A DNA stretch of 64,000 nucleotides from a virus. This document shows positions 36,933-46,218 of the stretch, one piece after another; the stretch's first letter is position 1; every line of letters starts with the position of its first letter. Location of the stretch: IMG/VR virus record IMGVR_UViG_3300036715_002359, positions 9,557 to 73,556 of that record, one strand, 5' to 3'. A program made the position numbers and the translations under genes. The notes beneath the pieces were generated by a model. The model worked only from the letters and a program-made list of their open reading frames with translations, had not been told where the DNA came from and searched no databases.

Positions 36933-38102
36933 TTATTTTAGAATGCGGAGAGGTGTATTTTCTTTAATAGTTCCAGCCTTCAACGCAGCTAATGCTTGTT
37001 CCTCTGTACCAAATTGGACGGTTTTTTGGGTCTCATCGGGTTCAGTCATATGCACACTACCAATAATAGCTTCATGTCCAGGAGCTACCATTGAGTTACC
37101 AACTCCACGACGATAATCATGAATGTGATGCTCTGGTAATAATTTTTGTCTAGCTTCAACTATAGCTTCCGGGGTCATGGGAACCTGAATAGTTAAAGCA
37201 TCTCCATCATAATCACCTGCGTATAGTGGAAGGTGTAACGGATTTAATCCTATAGTTTTACCCTTAATAGGAACAGGGTAATGCGCAGTAATATTTGTAC
37301 GCATTAATGTTGGGGCACGATTTAACAATACTGGTATTTGTTTAATCAGTTTATTAAATGATGCTTGTGCAGCAGGGTTACGTGCTTCTATTGCTTTTTT
37401 AGCTGATACGAAGTCAAAACCTTGCTTAACTAAATCACGAAGAATATGGAAATTATAAGTAGTCCAGATCATATCTTCTGGAATAGCAGCTTCGTTAAAT
37501 CCAAGATTAGGCTCGGCGTAAATAGTTCCACGACCAGAAAAGTCTAATTTCTTACTTAGTATTTTAGAATGGAACAATCCGTACTTAGGCCCATTAGTAC
37601 CACTAATTTGACGAACGTAGCCTTTAAGAGTTTTACCACGTGAAGCACCAGTGATAGCATCCCCTAAACCAAAAATAGCTTTGGCACCGCCGTAGAAATC
37701 TTTACGTGCTCCTACCAATTGATCATTAGGTAACAAATCTTTAACATCCCTGAAAGTATTGTTAGCCAACATGTGATCTTTATATAAATCGTTAACGTCA
37801 GCATATTCAATCTTGTTGTTACCCATAACCATAACAGGTCTAACAACTGGAGGAGCTACTGGAATATTACGCAATAGATAGGCGTGTTGAGGCTTAAGCT
37901 CAGCTCTACGTAATCCTTCAAGATACTTCAATTTTTTAACTAAACTATCTTTCTTGCTTGGACTTTTAGTTGTTTGAATTTCTTGTTTGATACCGTTGAA
38001 CTGCTTATCTACGTCTACTTTGCTTAGTAGCATTTCGAATGCTGGACCACCGACAACTAGGTCATCGGTGTCCACATCTTCTCTTTGTTTTTCTTTAGCC
38101 AT
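36933..38102 (-). CDS. rpoC: RNA polymerase beta' subunit, catalytic middle part
   Basis: IPVAPPVVRP, DVNDLY, KYGLFHSKILSKKLDFSGRGTI, VLLNRAPTL, YAGDYDGDAL (DxDGD triad). Confidence 0.93.
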   Translation of the reverse strand: MAKEKQREDVDTDDLVVGGPAFEMLLSKVDVDKQFNGIKQEIQTTKSPSKKDSLVKKLKYLEGLRRAELKPQHAYLLRNIPVAPPVVRPVMVMGNNKIEYADVNDLYKDHMLANNTFRDVKDLLPNDQLVGARKDFYGGAKAIFGLGDAITGASRGKTLKGYVRQISGTNGPKYGLFHSKILSKKLDFSGRGTIYAEPNLGFNEAAIPEDMIWTTYNFHILRDLVKQGFDFVSAKKAIEARNPAAQASFNKLIKQIPVLLNRAPTLMRTNITAHYPVPIKGKTIGLNPLHLPLYAGDYDGDALTIQVPMTPEAIVEARQKLLPEHHIHDYRRGVGNSMVAPGHEAIIGSVHMTEPDETQKTVQFGTEEQALAALKAGTIKENTPLRILK

Positions 38103-38123
38103 GGTTATATTATACGTTATTTC

Positions 38124-39254
38124 TTATGCAAAGATAACTAATAATATTAGACCAATAATTAATGCTACTATCCCAATAGTTTTATAGGTAGTACTTTCTG
38201 GCACAACTGGTACGACCGGAGTCGGTACTGGAGGAACAGGAGTAGGTGGAACTACTGGAACAGGGTCAGGAATAGGTGGAACAGGAGTTGGATCTACTGG
38301 TGGCACAGGTACTGGAACCGGATCAGGTACAGGTGTTGGAGTAGGAGGAACCACTGGAACTACTACGGGTGCATGTAGAATAAAATCGGGATTGATAGTG
38401 TTTTTAATTTCGGCAAATTCTCTAATAGCAAAGAAATCAAAACCATTATCAAGAATGACTGAAGTACGAATAGCAGCGTAGCCTTTATCACCCCAATTTG
38501 GTCCCCAGGAATTTTCAATAATAATATAATCATTTTCTTCATCGTATCCAACCATAAAAATAGCATGACGGCCAACAACCCCAGGACTGTTATCTAATAA
38601 CTGCCCAGGATTATACTGAGCACGATGAGTACTCAATGGACCTGAAATTTTAAAGAAGTCTTCATGCAAAATCATCCCAAAGTTAACTGGAATATTAGAA
38701 GCCAAAGCTACTTTGATATCTGTTAGTTTATCACGATCTACGAATGATCCACCAATATAGGCCTGCATTCCTAGAGTTTCATAACGACCAACTAAACGAG
38801 TCTTTCCATCAGTATACGCTGCATCAGAGGGCTTGTCATTAACTGGTTGATCGTATGACCATAAATCTTCAGTACATACTCCATTCTTAGTCATTTCTCC
38901 TAAAGCTAAAAAGATAGAAGTTCCTGAATCAGTAACTGGATCTGTGGATTGACGAACAGCTAAAACACGAGCACGAGCATTGTAATAGACATACAAACGA
39001 GAAAGGCTAAGACTGATATTATTCAGTTTTAAATTCATTTCCCCAGCAGCTACTAAAGAATTACCAACACAAGAACCGTAGTTCAGTTGGTTTTCCATTT
39101 CTAGAGTGTCCGCTCTCATATCTGCAGACTTGGGAATTTTTGAAGTATCCCAAGTATACATTGTTGTGTTATCAGGAGCTATAGATCCAAAGACATAGTT
39201 ACGTACGTCCTGTGGAGTTTGCTGTACTGTTGTTAGTAAGGTTGAATAATCCAT
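38124..39254 (-). CDS. Papain-family (C1A) cysteine peptidase with Pro/Val linker and C-terminal TM anchor
   Basis: NQLNYGSCVGN (Gln/Cys), GRHAIFMVGYD (His), IENSWGPNWGDKGY (Asn). Confidence 0.9.
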   Translation of the reverse strand: MDYSTLLTTVQQTPQDVRNYVFGSIAPDNTTMYTWDTSKIPKSADMRADTLEMENQLNYGSCVGNSLVAAGEMNLKLNNISLSLSRLYVYYNARARVLAVRQSTDPVTDSGTSIFLALGEMTKNGVCTEDLWSYDQPVNDKPSDAAYTDGKTRLVGRYETLGMQAYIGGSFVDRDKLTDIKVALASNIPVNFGMILHEDFFKISGPLSTHRAQYNPGQLLDNSPGVVGRHAIFMVGYDEENDYIIIENSWGPNWGDKGYAAIRTSVILDNGFDFFAIREFAEIKNTINPDFILHAPVVVPVVPPTPTPVPDPVPVPVPPVDPTPVPPIPDPVPVVPPTPVPPVPTPVVPVVPESTTYKTIGIVALIIGLILLVIFA

Positions 39255-39255
39255 T

Positions 39256-42200
39256 TTATGCTGCCTTAATGTAAGTTGTAAGACCTGTACGAAGTGCTGT
39301 TACGGAAGGTAAAGTAACTGAAGCATAGCCATTTGTTATATCACTGTTTAATACGACTGCTGTTGCACCAGAATCAGTACCACCGAAATAAACTCCTGGA
39401 GTACCAACGTAGAAAAGTTTAGCTGCTGTTGAGCCCAATTCATTAGAAGCTTTCCATGTTACAGCTGAATCACTCGTAGTGAAATATGTAGAACCAGTAC
39501 CAGCAGAAACCATAACTGATGAAGATGAAGCTGCAGCAATTTCAGCAGCTATACCTGGGTAATTAGTTGATAATGGTAATAATCTACGAGTCCAAGTAGA
39601 ACCATCTGTTGAAGTAATTACTTCACCTTGATTACTAAAGATGTACATACGAGTTGCATCAGAAAGAACCGAAGTGACTACCCCGGTAAGACCAGTAAGA
39701 GTGTATACTGCGAAAGTAACTCCATCATCTGTTGAACGATATAATCTTCCACCTGTTTGTACTGCAAGAATGACAGAGCTGAAATATGCTGCACAAGTAA
39801 TAGGTACACTAGTAGAATTAGCTACAATGGTTTTATCTACTGTAACGTAATGATAAGATTTTAAATTATCAGTAGATACAATTACTCCACCTATTAAATT
39901 ATTATATAAAACAGATTTTTGAATAGTATTTCCATTTTGACGACGAATTAGTGAGAAAGAGGCTATGTCTGTACCAGTAATATTCAAAGCACTCCAACTA
40001 TATCCATCACAGCGAGACATAATTGCTCCGGTCATTATCGAAAAATATCCATTTACGTATTTAGGCCAGCTGGAGCCAGCAATTAAAGTACCAGGAAGCA
40101 AATTATTTAAGTTTTTAATAGTTGCTCCATTATCATAAGACATTTGGCTTACTCCTATCATCACTTGGCCACCAGACCCTGCAACTATTTGTCCTGTGTT
40201 GTATCCTGAGTAGTTAGTGTTGGTAGCAAAAGTTATACCATCAGCACTAGTTTTTGGGTTACTAGCATTAGTGTTATCAAAAGCCCAAAATAATCCGTTA
40301 TAAAAAGCAACATATATCATACCAGCACCTGACCCCGTACAGTTAGTCCAAGTTGTTCCGTTAGAAGAATACGCTAATGTACTAGCAGTATAAGGAATAA
40401 CGTATTTACCAGCACCGAAAGCTATAGATTGTCCTTTAGAATCTCCTGGTGTTTGTGAACCAGGATAAGTTCCAGAATTCCAAGTAATACCATCAGAAGA
40501 TGAATACATCTGAGTCGAGGAGTTTGTAGATATAAAAAATAAAGTTCCCCCTGGAGCAAAATCTAAACGGTTAACTGTTGTAGAAGGTATTGTTCTGTTA
40601 GTCCAAGTTATTCCATCAGAAGACGTCATAACAAGAGTAGAAGTTACAGTAGTAGCAGCAACAAATAATGTACCTGAAGATGTTATTAACTTAGGTTCTA
40701 TACCCTGTACGTTATAAGTACGAATTGTCCAATTTACAGAATCAGTAGAAGTGGCATAGGTATTACCATATATTAATGCTACATAAATACCATTAGCATA
40801 AGCATATTGATCATTAATGCTAAGAGGAGCAGCAAAATTATCAGTAGGAGCAACCGCCGTGGTATTAGTCCAAGCTGTACCATTAGAGGAAGTTGACATT
40901 TGAAAGCCACTATAATTAGATGGTAGTATGGCAAAACTACTACTAGCGGTATTATAAGGATACGCAGCAAACAAAGTTGGTGTCGCTACTATAATAACTG
41001 TAGCAGCAGTAGAACCAGTAAAGGTTCTGTTAGTCCAAGTAACTCCATCTGGAGATGTATACATAGAACCTCCAGATACTGCAGCAAATAATCCTGGGGT
41101 TGAAGCATACGTTAAAGATCGGGCTGTATTAGTTACCCCACTATGAGTGCGAGTAGTCCATCCGTTAGTTGTAGCAGTATAGTAATTAGCACCAGCACTA
41201 AGAACAACGAAAGTTGTACCAGATACTGCAAATGCTGGATAAGATGATGGAGCAGAAGGCGTAGTTGGGAGAGCCGTATCCACATTCCAAGTTTTACCAT
41301 CAGCTGAATAATGACAGGTAGTAGTGTTGCCACTTACAGTTTTGAAATATCCTGATCCAGGATTAAATAAAATTTGACCCAAAGTAATTCCAGCTCCACC
41401 TGGTTGGCCGACTCCAACTGTCCAATTAATTCCATCCGGAGAATTGAAGTATACATTAGAAGTACCATTATAAGTGCTAGCTACGAATAAACCATTTCCA
41501 AACGCAATATAATTTTGCTGGTTAGCGCCTAGGGATATTGAATTATTATAAGTTTGAACACCTAAAACCTGTTTAGATTTCCAATTAATACCATCAACAG
41601 AATAAGAAATCATCCAAGTAGTACCATACCATAAGTTAGTTACATATAGACCATTACCATAGGCTATGTGGTATATTCCTGAAGCTCCCACAACGGGATA
41701 GGTATTCCAGTTAACTCCATCAGTGGAAATAGAAATAGCGTAACCACCTAGGGCAGAACCCCCAAAAGCAAAAAATTTACCGTTAGCAGTATAAGACATG
41801 ATTTGTCCGACATTAGCCACTCCTATACCACGTGCTGCGTTAGGGTTACTCCAGGTAATTCCTCCGTCAGTAGAATTGCGAGTATAGATTACATTAGCGA
41901 TAGTGTCTCTTAAAACAACCGAAGTTGAAGTAGAATTTACATTTATAGATGTAACATTAATACGCCAGTATCCAGCTCCACTAGCAGATCCTGCTCCACC
42001 AAAAAAAGTAGATTCACAAGGAGTCCAAGTTATACCGTCCGAAGAAGAAGACGCAGATTGTCCGTAAGAAGTCGCAGTACCAACGTTAGATGCTAAAGTA
42101 TCAGGAGCAAAAGATTCATTTTCTCCTCCAAATGCAATCCAACGAGCCCCCATCCAAACAACTCCGCAAGTAGCAGTAGTGTCACGAATAGCTCCATTTG

Positions 42201-42780
42201 ATACTGCACTATTTTTACGGTATATAGTGCTTGCACCAGTATTACCGTCAGTAATTTTAAGTTTAGGAAAATTAGTAAGAGCCTGGTATGTCCAAATACG
42301 ACCGTCAGTTGATACCATGCAAGAATCTAACAATGAAACGACTGAAGCTCCACTAGAATAAAATGCACGAAACTTCGTACCATCCCAACAAGGAGAAGTT
42401 ACATATTGTGAAGCAACAGGAAAAATACCTTGAAGAACAGAAGTTCCACTGGAATCCATAACTGTAATACCAGCAACAGTTCCGCCCGTGAACAGCATAA
42501 CTGTTACAGTGCCAGCTGTATTGGTAGCAGCACTACCAACATAGTTACTAGCAGAGCCTAATGGATTACTAGAAGTTGTAGGTAAAGTATTACCTCCAGC
42601 TTGCAAACTATTTGCAAACGAGTTAAATGTACCTTGAGCTGGAAATTGAGTAGCCAGAATTTTAGTTCCTGTCTGAGCCCAAGTTCCATTACTATTTGAT
42701 ATTACTGGTGAGATTGCAACGATGTCAATGATATCGCCAAAACCATATTTTGATCCACTACTAGATGTCGAACGACCCAT
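39256..42780 (-). CDS. Large beta-propeller (Asp-box/BNR repeat) receptor-binding or tail-fibre protein
   Basis: 1174 aa with more than 15 SxDGxxW repeats. Confidence 0.8.
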   Translation of the reverse strand: MGRSTSSSGSKYGFGDIIDIVAISPVISNSNGTWAQTGTKILATQFPAQGTFNSFANSLQAGGNTLPTTSSNPLGSASNYVGSAATNTAGTVTVMLFTGGTVAGITVMDSSGTSVLQGIFPVASQYVTSPCWDGTKFRAFYSSGASVVSLLDSCMVSTDGRIWTYQALTNFPKLKITDGNTGASTIYRKNSAVSNGAIRDTTATCGVVWMGARWIAFGGENESFAPDTLASNVGTATSYGQSASSSSDGITWTPCESTFFGGAGSASGAGYWRINVTSINVNSTSTSVVLRDTIANVIYTRNSTDGGITWSNPNAARGIGVANVGQIMSYTANGKFFAFGGSALGGYAISISTDGVNWNTYPVVGASGIYHIAYGNGLYVTNLWYGTTWMISYSVDGINWKSKQVLGVQTYNNSISLGANQQNYIAFGNGLFVASTYNGTSNVYFNSPDGINWTVGVGQPGGAGITLGQILFNPGSGYFKTVSGNTTTCHYSADGKTWNVDTALPTTPSAPSSYPAFAVSGTTFVVLSAGANYYTATTNGWTTRTHSGVTNTARSLTYASTPGLFAAVSGGSMYTSPDGVTWTNRTFTGSTAATVIIVATPTLFAAYPYNTASSSFAILPSNYSGFQMSTSSNGTAWTNTTAVAPTDNFAAPLSINDQYAYANGIYVALIYGNTYATSTDSVNWTIRTYNVQGIEPKLITSSGTLFVAATTVTSTLVMTSSDGITWTNRTIPSTTVNRLDFAPGGTLFFISTNSSTQMYSSSDGITWNSGTYPGSQTPGDSKGQSIAFGAGKYVIPYTASTLAYSSNGTTWTNCTGSGAGMIYVAFYNGLFWAFDNTNASNPKTSADGITFATNTNYSGYNTGQIVAGSGGQVMIGVSQMSYDNGATIKNLNNLLPGTLIAGSSWPKYVNGYFSIMTGAIMSRCDGYSWSALNITGTDIASFSLIRRQNGNTIQKSVLYNNLIGGVIVSTDNLKSYHYVTVDKTIVANSTSVPITCAAYFSSVILAVQTGGRLYRSTDDGVTFAVYTLTGLTGVVTSVLSDATRMYIFSNQGEVITSTDGSTWTRRLLPLSTNYPGIAAEIAAASSSSVMVSAGTGSTYFTTSDSAVTWKASNELGSTAAKLFYVGTPGVYFGGTDSGATAVVLNSDITNGYASVTLPSVTALRTGLTTYIKAA

Positions 42781-42782
42781 TA

Positions 42783-43094
42783 TTATTCCTCGTAACCGTA
42801 AACATTAACTGATACACCAGTCGAGTTTGAGTAAGCAACAATGTTATGTGTCGCTGCTATCACTAAACCAGAATCCTCTATAATTCCATTTCCATCTACT
42901 AATACATCGTACTCAATCCATTCGGAGAGCGCTGGTGTACCAGTCACAGACAATGCTAAACGCACAGTTACTGCTGAACTATTTCTATTTGTTATTCTAA
43001 CAGTACACGATGTGGTTTTACCAAAAGGTACAGTATACACTGTAGTATTGGTAAGTGCTGCAAGATCAGCAGTGCCTAATTTTCCGTTTGCCAT
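42783..43094 (-). CDS. Small virion structural protein
   Basis: TNTTVYTVP...VRITNRNSSAVTVRLA; paralogous pattern to 43781..44116. Confidence 0.7.
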   Translation of the reverse strand: MANGKLGTADLAALTNTTVYTVPFGKTTSCTVRITNRNSSAVTVRLALSVTGTPALSEWIEYDVLVDGNGIIEDSGLVIAATHNIVAYSNSTGVSVNVYGYEE

Positions 43095-43103
43095 ATTTGT
43101 TCC

Positions 43104-43520
43104 TTAAGAGTTAATGCCGAAGAGTAAACGACCTCTAGAGACACCATCTGTAATTCCGTATCCTGCTGTAGTTGTTGGAGTATTTAGTATCTTTGCCCAA
43201 GCAACTGAAACCATTTTTGCATCGGTAATTGTACCATCTGAGGGTATACCGATAGTCATAACGTCTCCTAATAGTACCACAAAACAAGATTGGGAAATAG
43301 TAGGAGCGGTGGTAAAAATAATAGTATTTAAAGAGACGGTATAATCCACACCTGGATTTTGCCATACACCAGCTAAAGATACTAAAAGATTTTGAGCTGA
43401 ACCTGGAGTTACTGCTGTTCCTCCAACTTGGCAGGTAAAAGTCGTTGTCACTCCGTTAAACGTGAATGCGTCTAACTTTGAATAGCTTCCGTATTGAGGT
43501 TGTTTACCAATATATGACAT
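43104..43520 (-). CDS. Virion structural/tail-fibre-associated protein
   Basis: MSYIGKQP...FNGVTTTF...QNLLVSLAGVWQNPGVDYTV...IIFTTAP; TAAAATA 4 nt upstream. Confidence 0.7.
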   Translation of the reverse strand: MSYIGKQPQYGSYSKLDAFTFNGVTTTFTCQVGGTAVTPGSAQNLLVSLAGVWQNPGVDYTVSLNTIIFTTAPTISQSCFVVLLGDVMTIGIPSDGTITDAKMVSVAWAKILNTPTTTAGYGITDGVSRGRLLFGINS

Positions 43521-43548
43521 GACTTATTTTACCTTAATGGTTCTGTTT

Positions 43549-43779
43549 TTACGCAAACGCTGTAATGATTTCACCAGCTTTTGCTAGCGCCCCAAGGCTA
43601 GTCAGTGCTCCACCAGCAGTAGCGGCATTAGTACCACCTTGTGTAACACCGACTTGTCCAGTTAGTACAGAAGCAGGGACAGGTATAGCAATAGTTCCAG
43701 TTAATTTGGAAGCATCTACCGATACAATATCCGTGTTTTGTAGTGGTACAGCAGTGGGTTTATTACCTACATAACTCAT
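43549..43779 (-). CDS. Short, probably truncated tail-fibre-like protein
   Basis: MSYVGNKP...VGVTQGGTNAATAGGALTSLGALAKAG then ends abruptly. Confidence 0.5.
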   Translation of the reverse strand: MSYVGNKPTAVPLQNTDIVSVDASKLTGTIAIPVPASVLTGQVGVTQGGTNAATAGGALTSLGALAKAGEIITAFA

Positions 43780-43780
43780 A

Positions 43781-44116
43781 TTAGCTCAGCTCTAAAATAC
43801 TAATTATAACATCAGCAGAAGATGCGACAGTAGAAATAACTTGAATATAATCGGTTGTTTCTAATACGACTTTTTGTTCGCCACCAACTATAACTAAAGA
43901 ACCCCCTACGGGTATAGGAGCGTTTTTTATTAAATAGACTGTCTTGGTTCCTGAAACGTCAGTAGCAGTTACATCAACGTTAATTTGAGTAGATGGCAAA
44001 CGATTGGAAACCGATAGTCCGATGATCGTACTTGTTGTTGCGGCAGGAGTTGTGTACGCTGTTGTAAGCGAAGTACCTACAGCCACTGTAAAACTATTTT
44101 TAAATGTATTTGCCAT
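43781..44116 (-). CDS. Small virion structural protein
   Basis: MANTFKN...YTTPAATTSTIIGLSVSN...LIKNAPIPVGGSLVIVGGEQKVVLE...SADVIISILE. Confidence 0.75.
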   Translation of the reverse strand: MANTFKNSFTVAVGTSLTTAYTTPAATTSTIIGLSVSNRLPSTQINVDVTATDVSGTKTVYLIKNAPIPVGGSLVIVGGEQKVVLETTDYIQVISTVASSADVIISILELS

Positions 44117-44134
44117 CGTAGTTCCTTTTAATTA

Positions 44135-44381
44135 TTACCAGTATTCTATTCTTATTCCACCAGCGCCGCCATTACCTCCACTACCGGCACCGGCTGCACC
44201 TCCATTAGAACTTGAAGGGTATGTACTATCTCCGCCACTATTCCACCAAATAGTTTGAGTAAGCTGATGCAATGTTAGCACCATGAGAGGCATTAAGAAC
44301 TCCCGTACCATCAGATAACAAACCTGAAGTAGCGATAGTTGATAACCCTGTTACTACTGTTGCTGGAACTTTAGTAGTCAT
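44135..44381 (-). pseudogene. Internally deleted tail-fibre gene remnant
   Basis: ATG 44381 MTTKVPATVVTGLSTIATSG...* joined out of frame to a Gly-rich C-terminus GGAAGAGSGGNGGAGGIRIEYW*. Confidence 0.6.
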
Positions 44382-44384
44382 TTA

Positions 44385-44684
44385 TTACCCCAGTGCGATA
44401 GCTAAAGCTAAAGCATTACTATTAGCGACTGATACACTATGTGCAGTAGCAGCTTGTGTTGTTGATGACGAAACTCCAGTATCTTCAAGTTGAACAATAC
44501 CTGGCACCGAGGTAGTAGCAGAAGGTACTGAAACTCCAGCCCATTTAGTACCATCCCAAGACAAAGTAGAGTTAGTGGTAGTTGACCAAATTAAAGAACC
44601 TTGACCATCAGCAGGAGTAGGCGTAGTAGCGTTTAACGCTACAGCCATGTTGGAGAGCGTTAAATAATCAAGCTCTTTTGACAT
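44385..44684 (-). CDS. Small tail-fibre-associated protein
   Basis: ATTSVPGIVQL...SSTTQAATAHSV fibre repeat; ends ALALAIALG. Confidence 0.7.
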   Translation of the reverse strand: MSKELDYLTLSNMAVALNATTPTPADGQGSLIWSTTTNSTLSWDGTKWAGVSVPSATTSVPGIVQLEDTGVSSSTTQAATAHSVSVANSNALALAIALG

Positions 44685-45811
44685 TATGCTACCCAGTCTA
44701 CTGTGTAGTTTGTGCTGGTTGGGGGTGCAACATTAAATATAACTTTAAAAGTATTAACAGTATCATACTGAATACTTGGACGAACCAAAGCAAAAGGTGA
44801 GCCTTGTTGCGTAACAAAGACTGGGAATCCTTTTTTGTTCTGATTATGAGTAACAGTAAACACAGTAGTTGTACTATCACCAACAATAGTAGTTGCTGTA
44901 GCTGTACGAGCAACTGTACCGTCAACTGAAACACCACCTGGAGCAACGGAGACACCCCCACCAGAAGCTGGGTTAATAATAACTTGATTTCCGGTAATAG
45001 TAATACCGTTACCAGCAGTGTAAATAGACGATGCTGAGAATTGATTAAACACCAAGACTGTAGTACCAACCACAATTGGATTAACTGTAGCAAGAATCCA
45101 GGAAGTTGTTTGAGCAGTTGTACCTTCTTCAATAACGCAGAACATACCAGTGGTTACATTGCTACCTGAATTGGCATCACTACGACGAGCCCAAGCCCCA
45201 GCAGCTGCGACCCAAATACCATTCTGTGAACCAGTAGTCTGATTCTTAACCAAAATAGCATCCCCGGAAGTCAGAGTACCTGGCCAATCTCCACCTGTCT
45301 GATAGGTTAAACCCGTTAAGTTTACGTTACCAATAGTAGTGTAACGAACCGAAGGTTTAGCATCAATACCTGCTGCTGATTGTTGTACTTGGCTGATAAC
45401 CCATTGACGAGTAGCTGCATCGGAGTTAGAAACTGGATCAGCAACGTTAGTGAGTAATTGATTGCCCATACTTACTGAAGCGGTAGGAGCAGTTAATTGA
45501 TCCAATCTATTAGTACGAACTTGGGTATCAAAGTTGCTAATAGTACTAGCAGTTTGAGTACCTGTATGATTACTACGATTAAGTGGATCTACTGCTAAAG
45601 CACTAAGAGGAATACCCGAAGCTTTAACAGGGTCCATCGTAATCCAAACTGTATTAGCTTGGTTACGCATACGAGGAGCGTCAAGTGTAGTATCATAGTA
45701 CATTTGACGTGGTAATGGTGATCCTGGTGCTGAAGCTAGTGCCTCCAGTGACGCTCTGATTAGCGAGTTACCCGCTAAGTCAATATCTACTAAGATTAAT
45801 TCATTTGACAC
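44684..45811 (-). CDS. Tail-fibre/virion structural protein
   Basis: GTG start with AAGGA RBS; RSNHTGTQTASTISNF, DAATRQWV, ILVKNQTTGSQNGIWV...WARRSDA modules. Confidence 0.75.
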   Translation of the reverse strand: MSNELILVDIDLAGNSLIRASLEALASAPGSPLPRQMYYDTTLDAPRMRNQANTVWITMDPVKASGIPLSALAVDPLNRSNHTGTQTASTISNFDTQVRTNRLDQLTAPTASVSMGNQLLTNVADPVSNSDAATRQWVISQVQQSAAGIDAKPSVRYTTIGNVNLTGLTYQTGGDWPGTLTSGDAILVKNQTTGSQNGIWVAAAGAWARRSDANSGSNVTTGMFCVIEEGTTAQTTSWILATVNPIVVGTTVLVFNQFSASSIYTAGNGITITGNQVIINPASGGGVSVAPGGVSVDGTVARTATATTIVGDSTTTVFTVTHNQNKKGFPVFVTQQGSPFALVRPSIQYDTVNTFKVIFNVAPPTSTNYTVDWVA

Positions 45812-45823
45812 TTTGTTTGTCCT

Positions 45824-46180
45824 TTAATTTAAATATGCTGTCCCAGCAAACGCTGCTGAGAATGTTAATATGATTTGATTTGCATTAGTATAACTAACTG
45901 CACTTCTAACTTTACGACCAGTAGAATCAATTACTGAAACACTTGGAAATTTTCCTAAGCTATGGTCAATAACCCACAAAGTTGAAGCAACAGGTTGAGA
46001 AAATGGATAAGTAGCTCCTTGAGAACCAGGAATTCCTTGATCTCCTTTAGTGCCAGGAACTCCTTGATCCCCTTTAGGGCCGGGATCTCCGGGCAAGCCT
46101 TTAACACCGATATCCTCGTTTGTGTTAACGATTTGACCGGGTTGATTATTAGCGAATCTGGCAGGATCTCTTGAGCCCAT
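45824..46180 (-). CDS. Collagen-like (G-X-Y) virion protein
   Basis: GLPGDPGPKGDQGVPGTKGDQGIPGSQG plus a WVIDHSLGKFPSVSVID domain. Confidence 0.75.
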   Translation of the reverse strand: MGSRDPARFANNQPGQIVNTNEDIGVKGLPGDPGPKGDQGVPGTKGDQGIPGSQGATYPFSQPVASTLWVIDHSLGKFPSVSVIDSTGRKVRSAVSYTNANQIILTFSAAFAGTAYLN

Positions 46181-46218
46181 GTTTTACCTTTGTTAATTAT
46201 TTTAAGTCAGTGTCTTTA

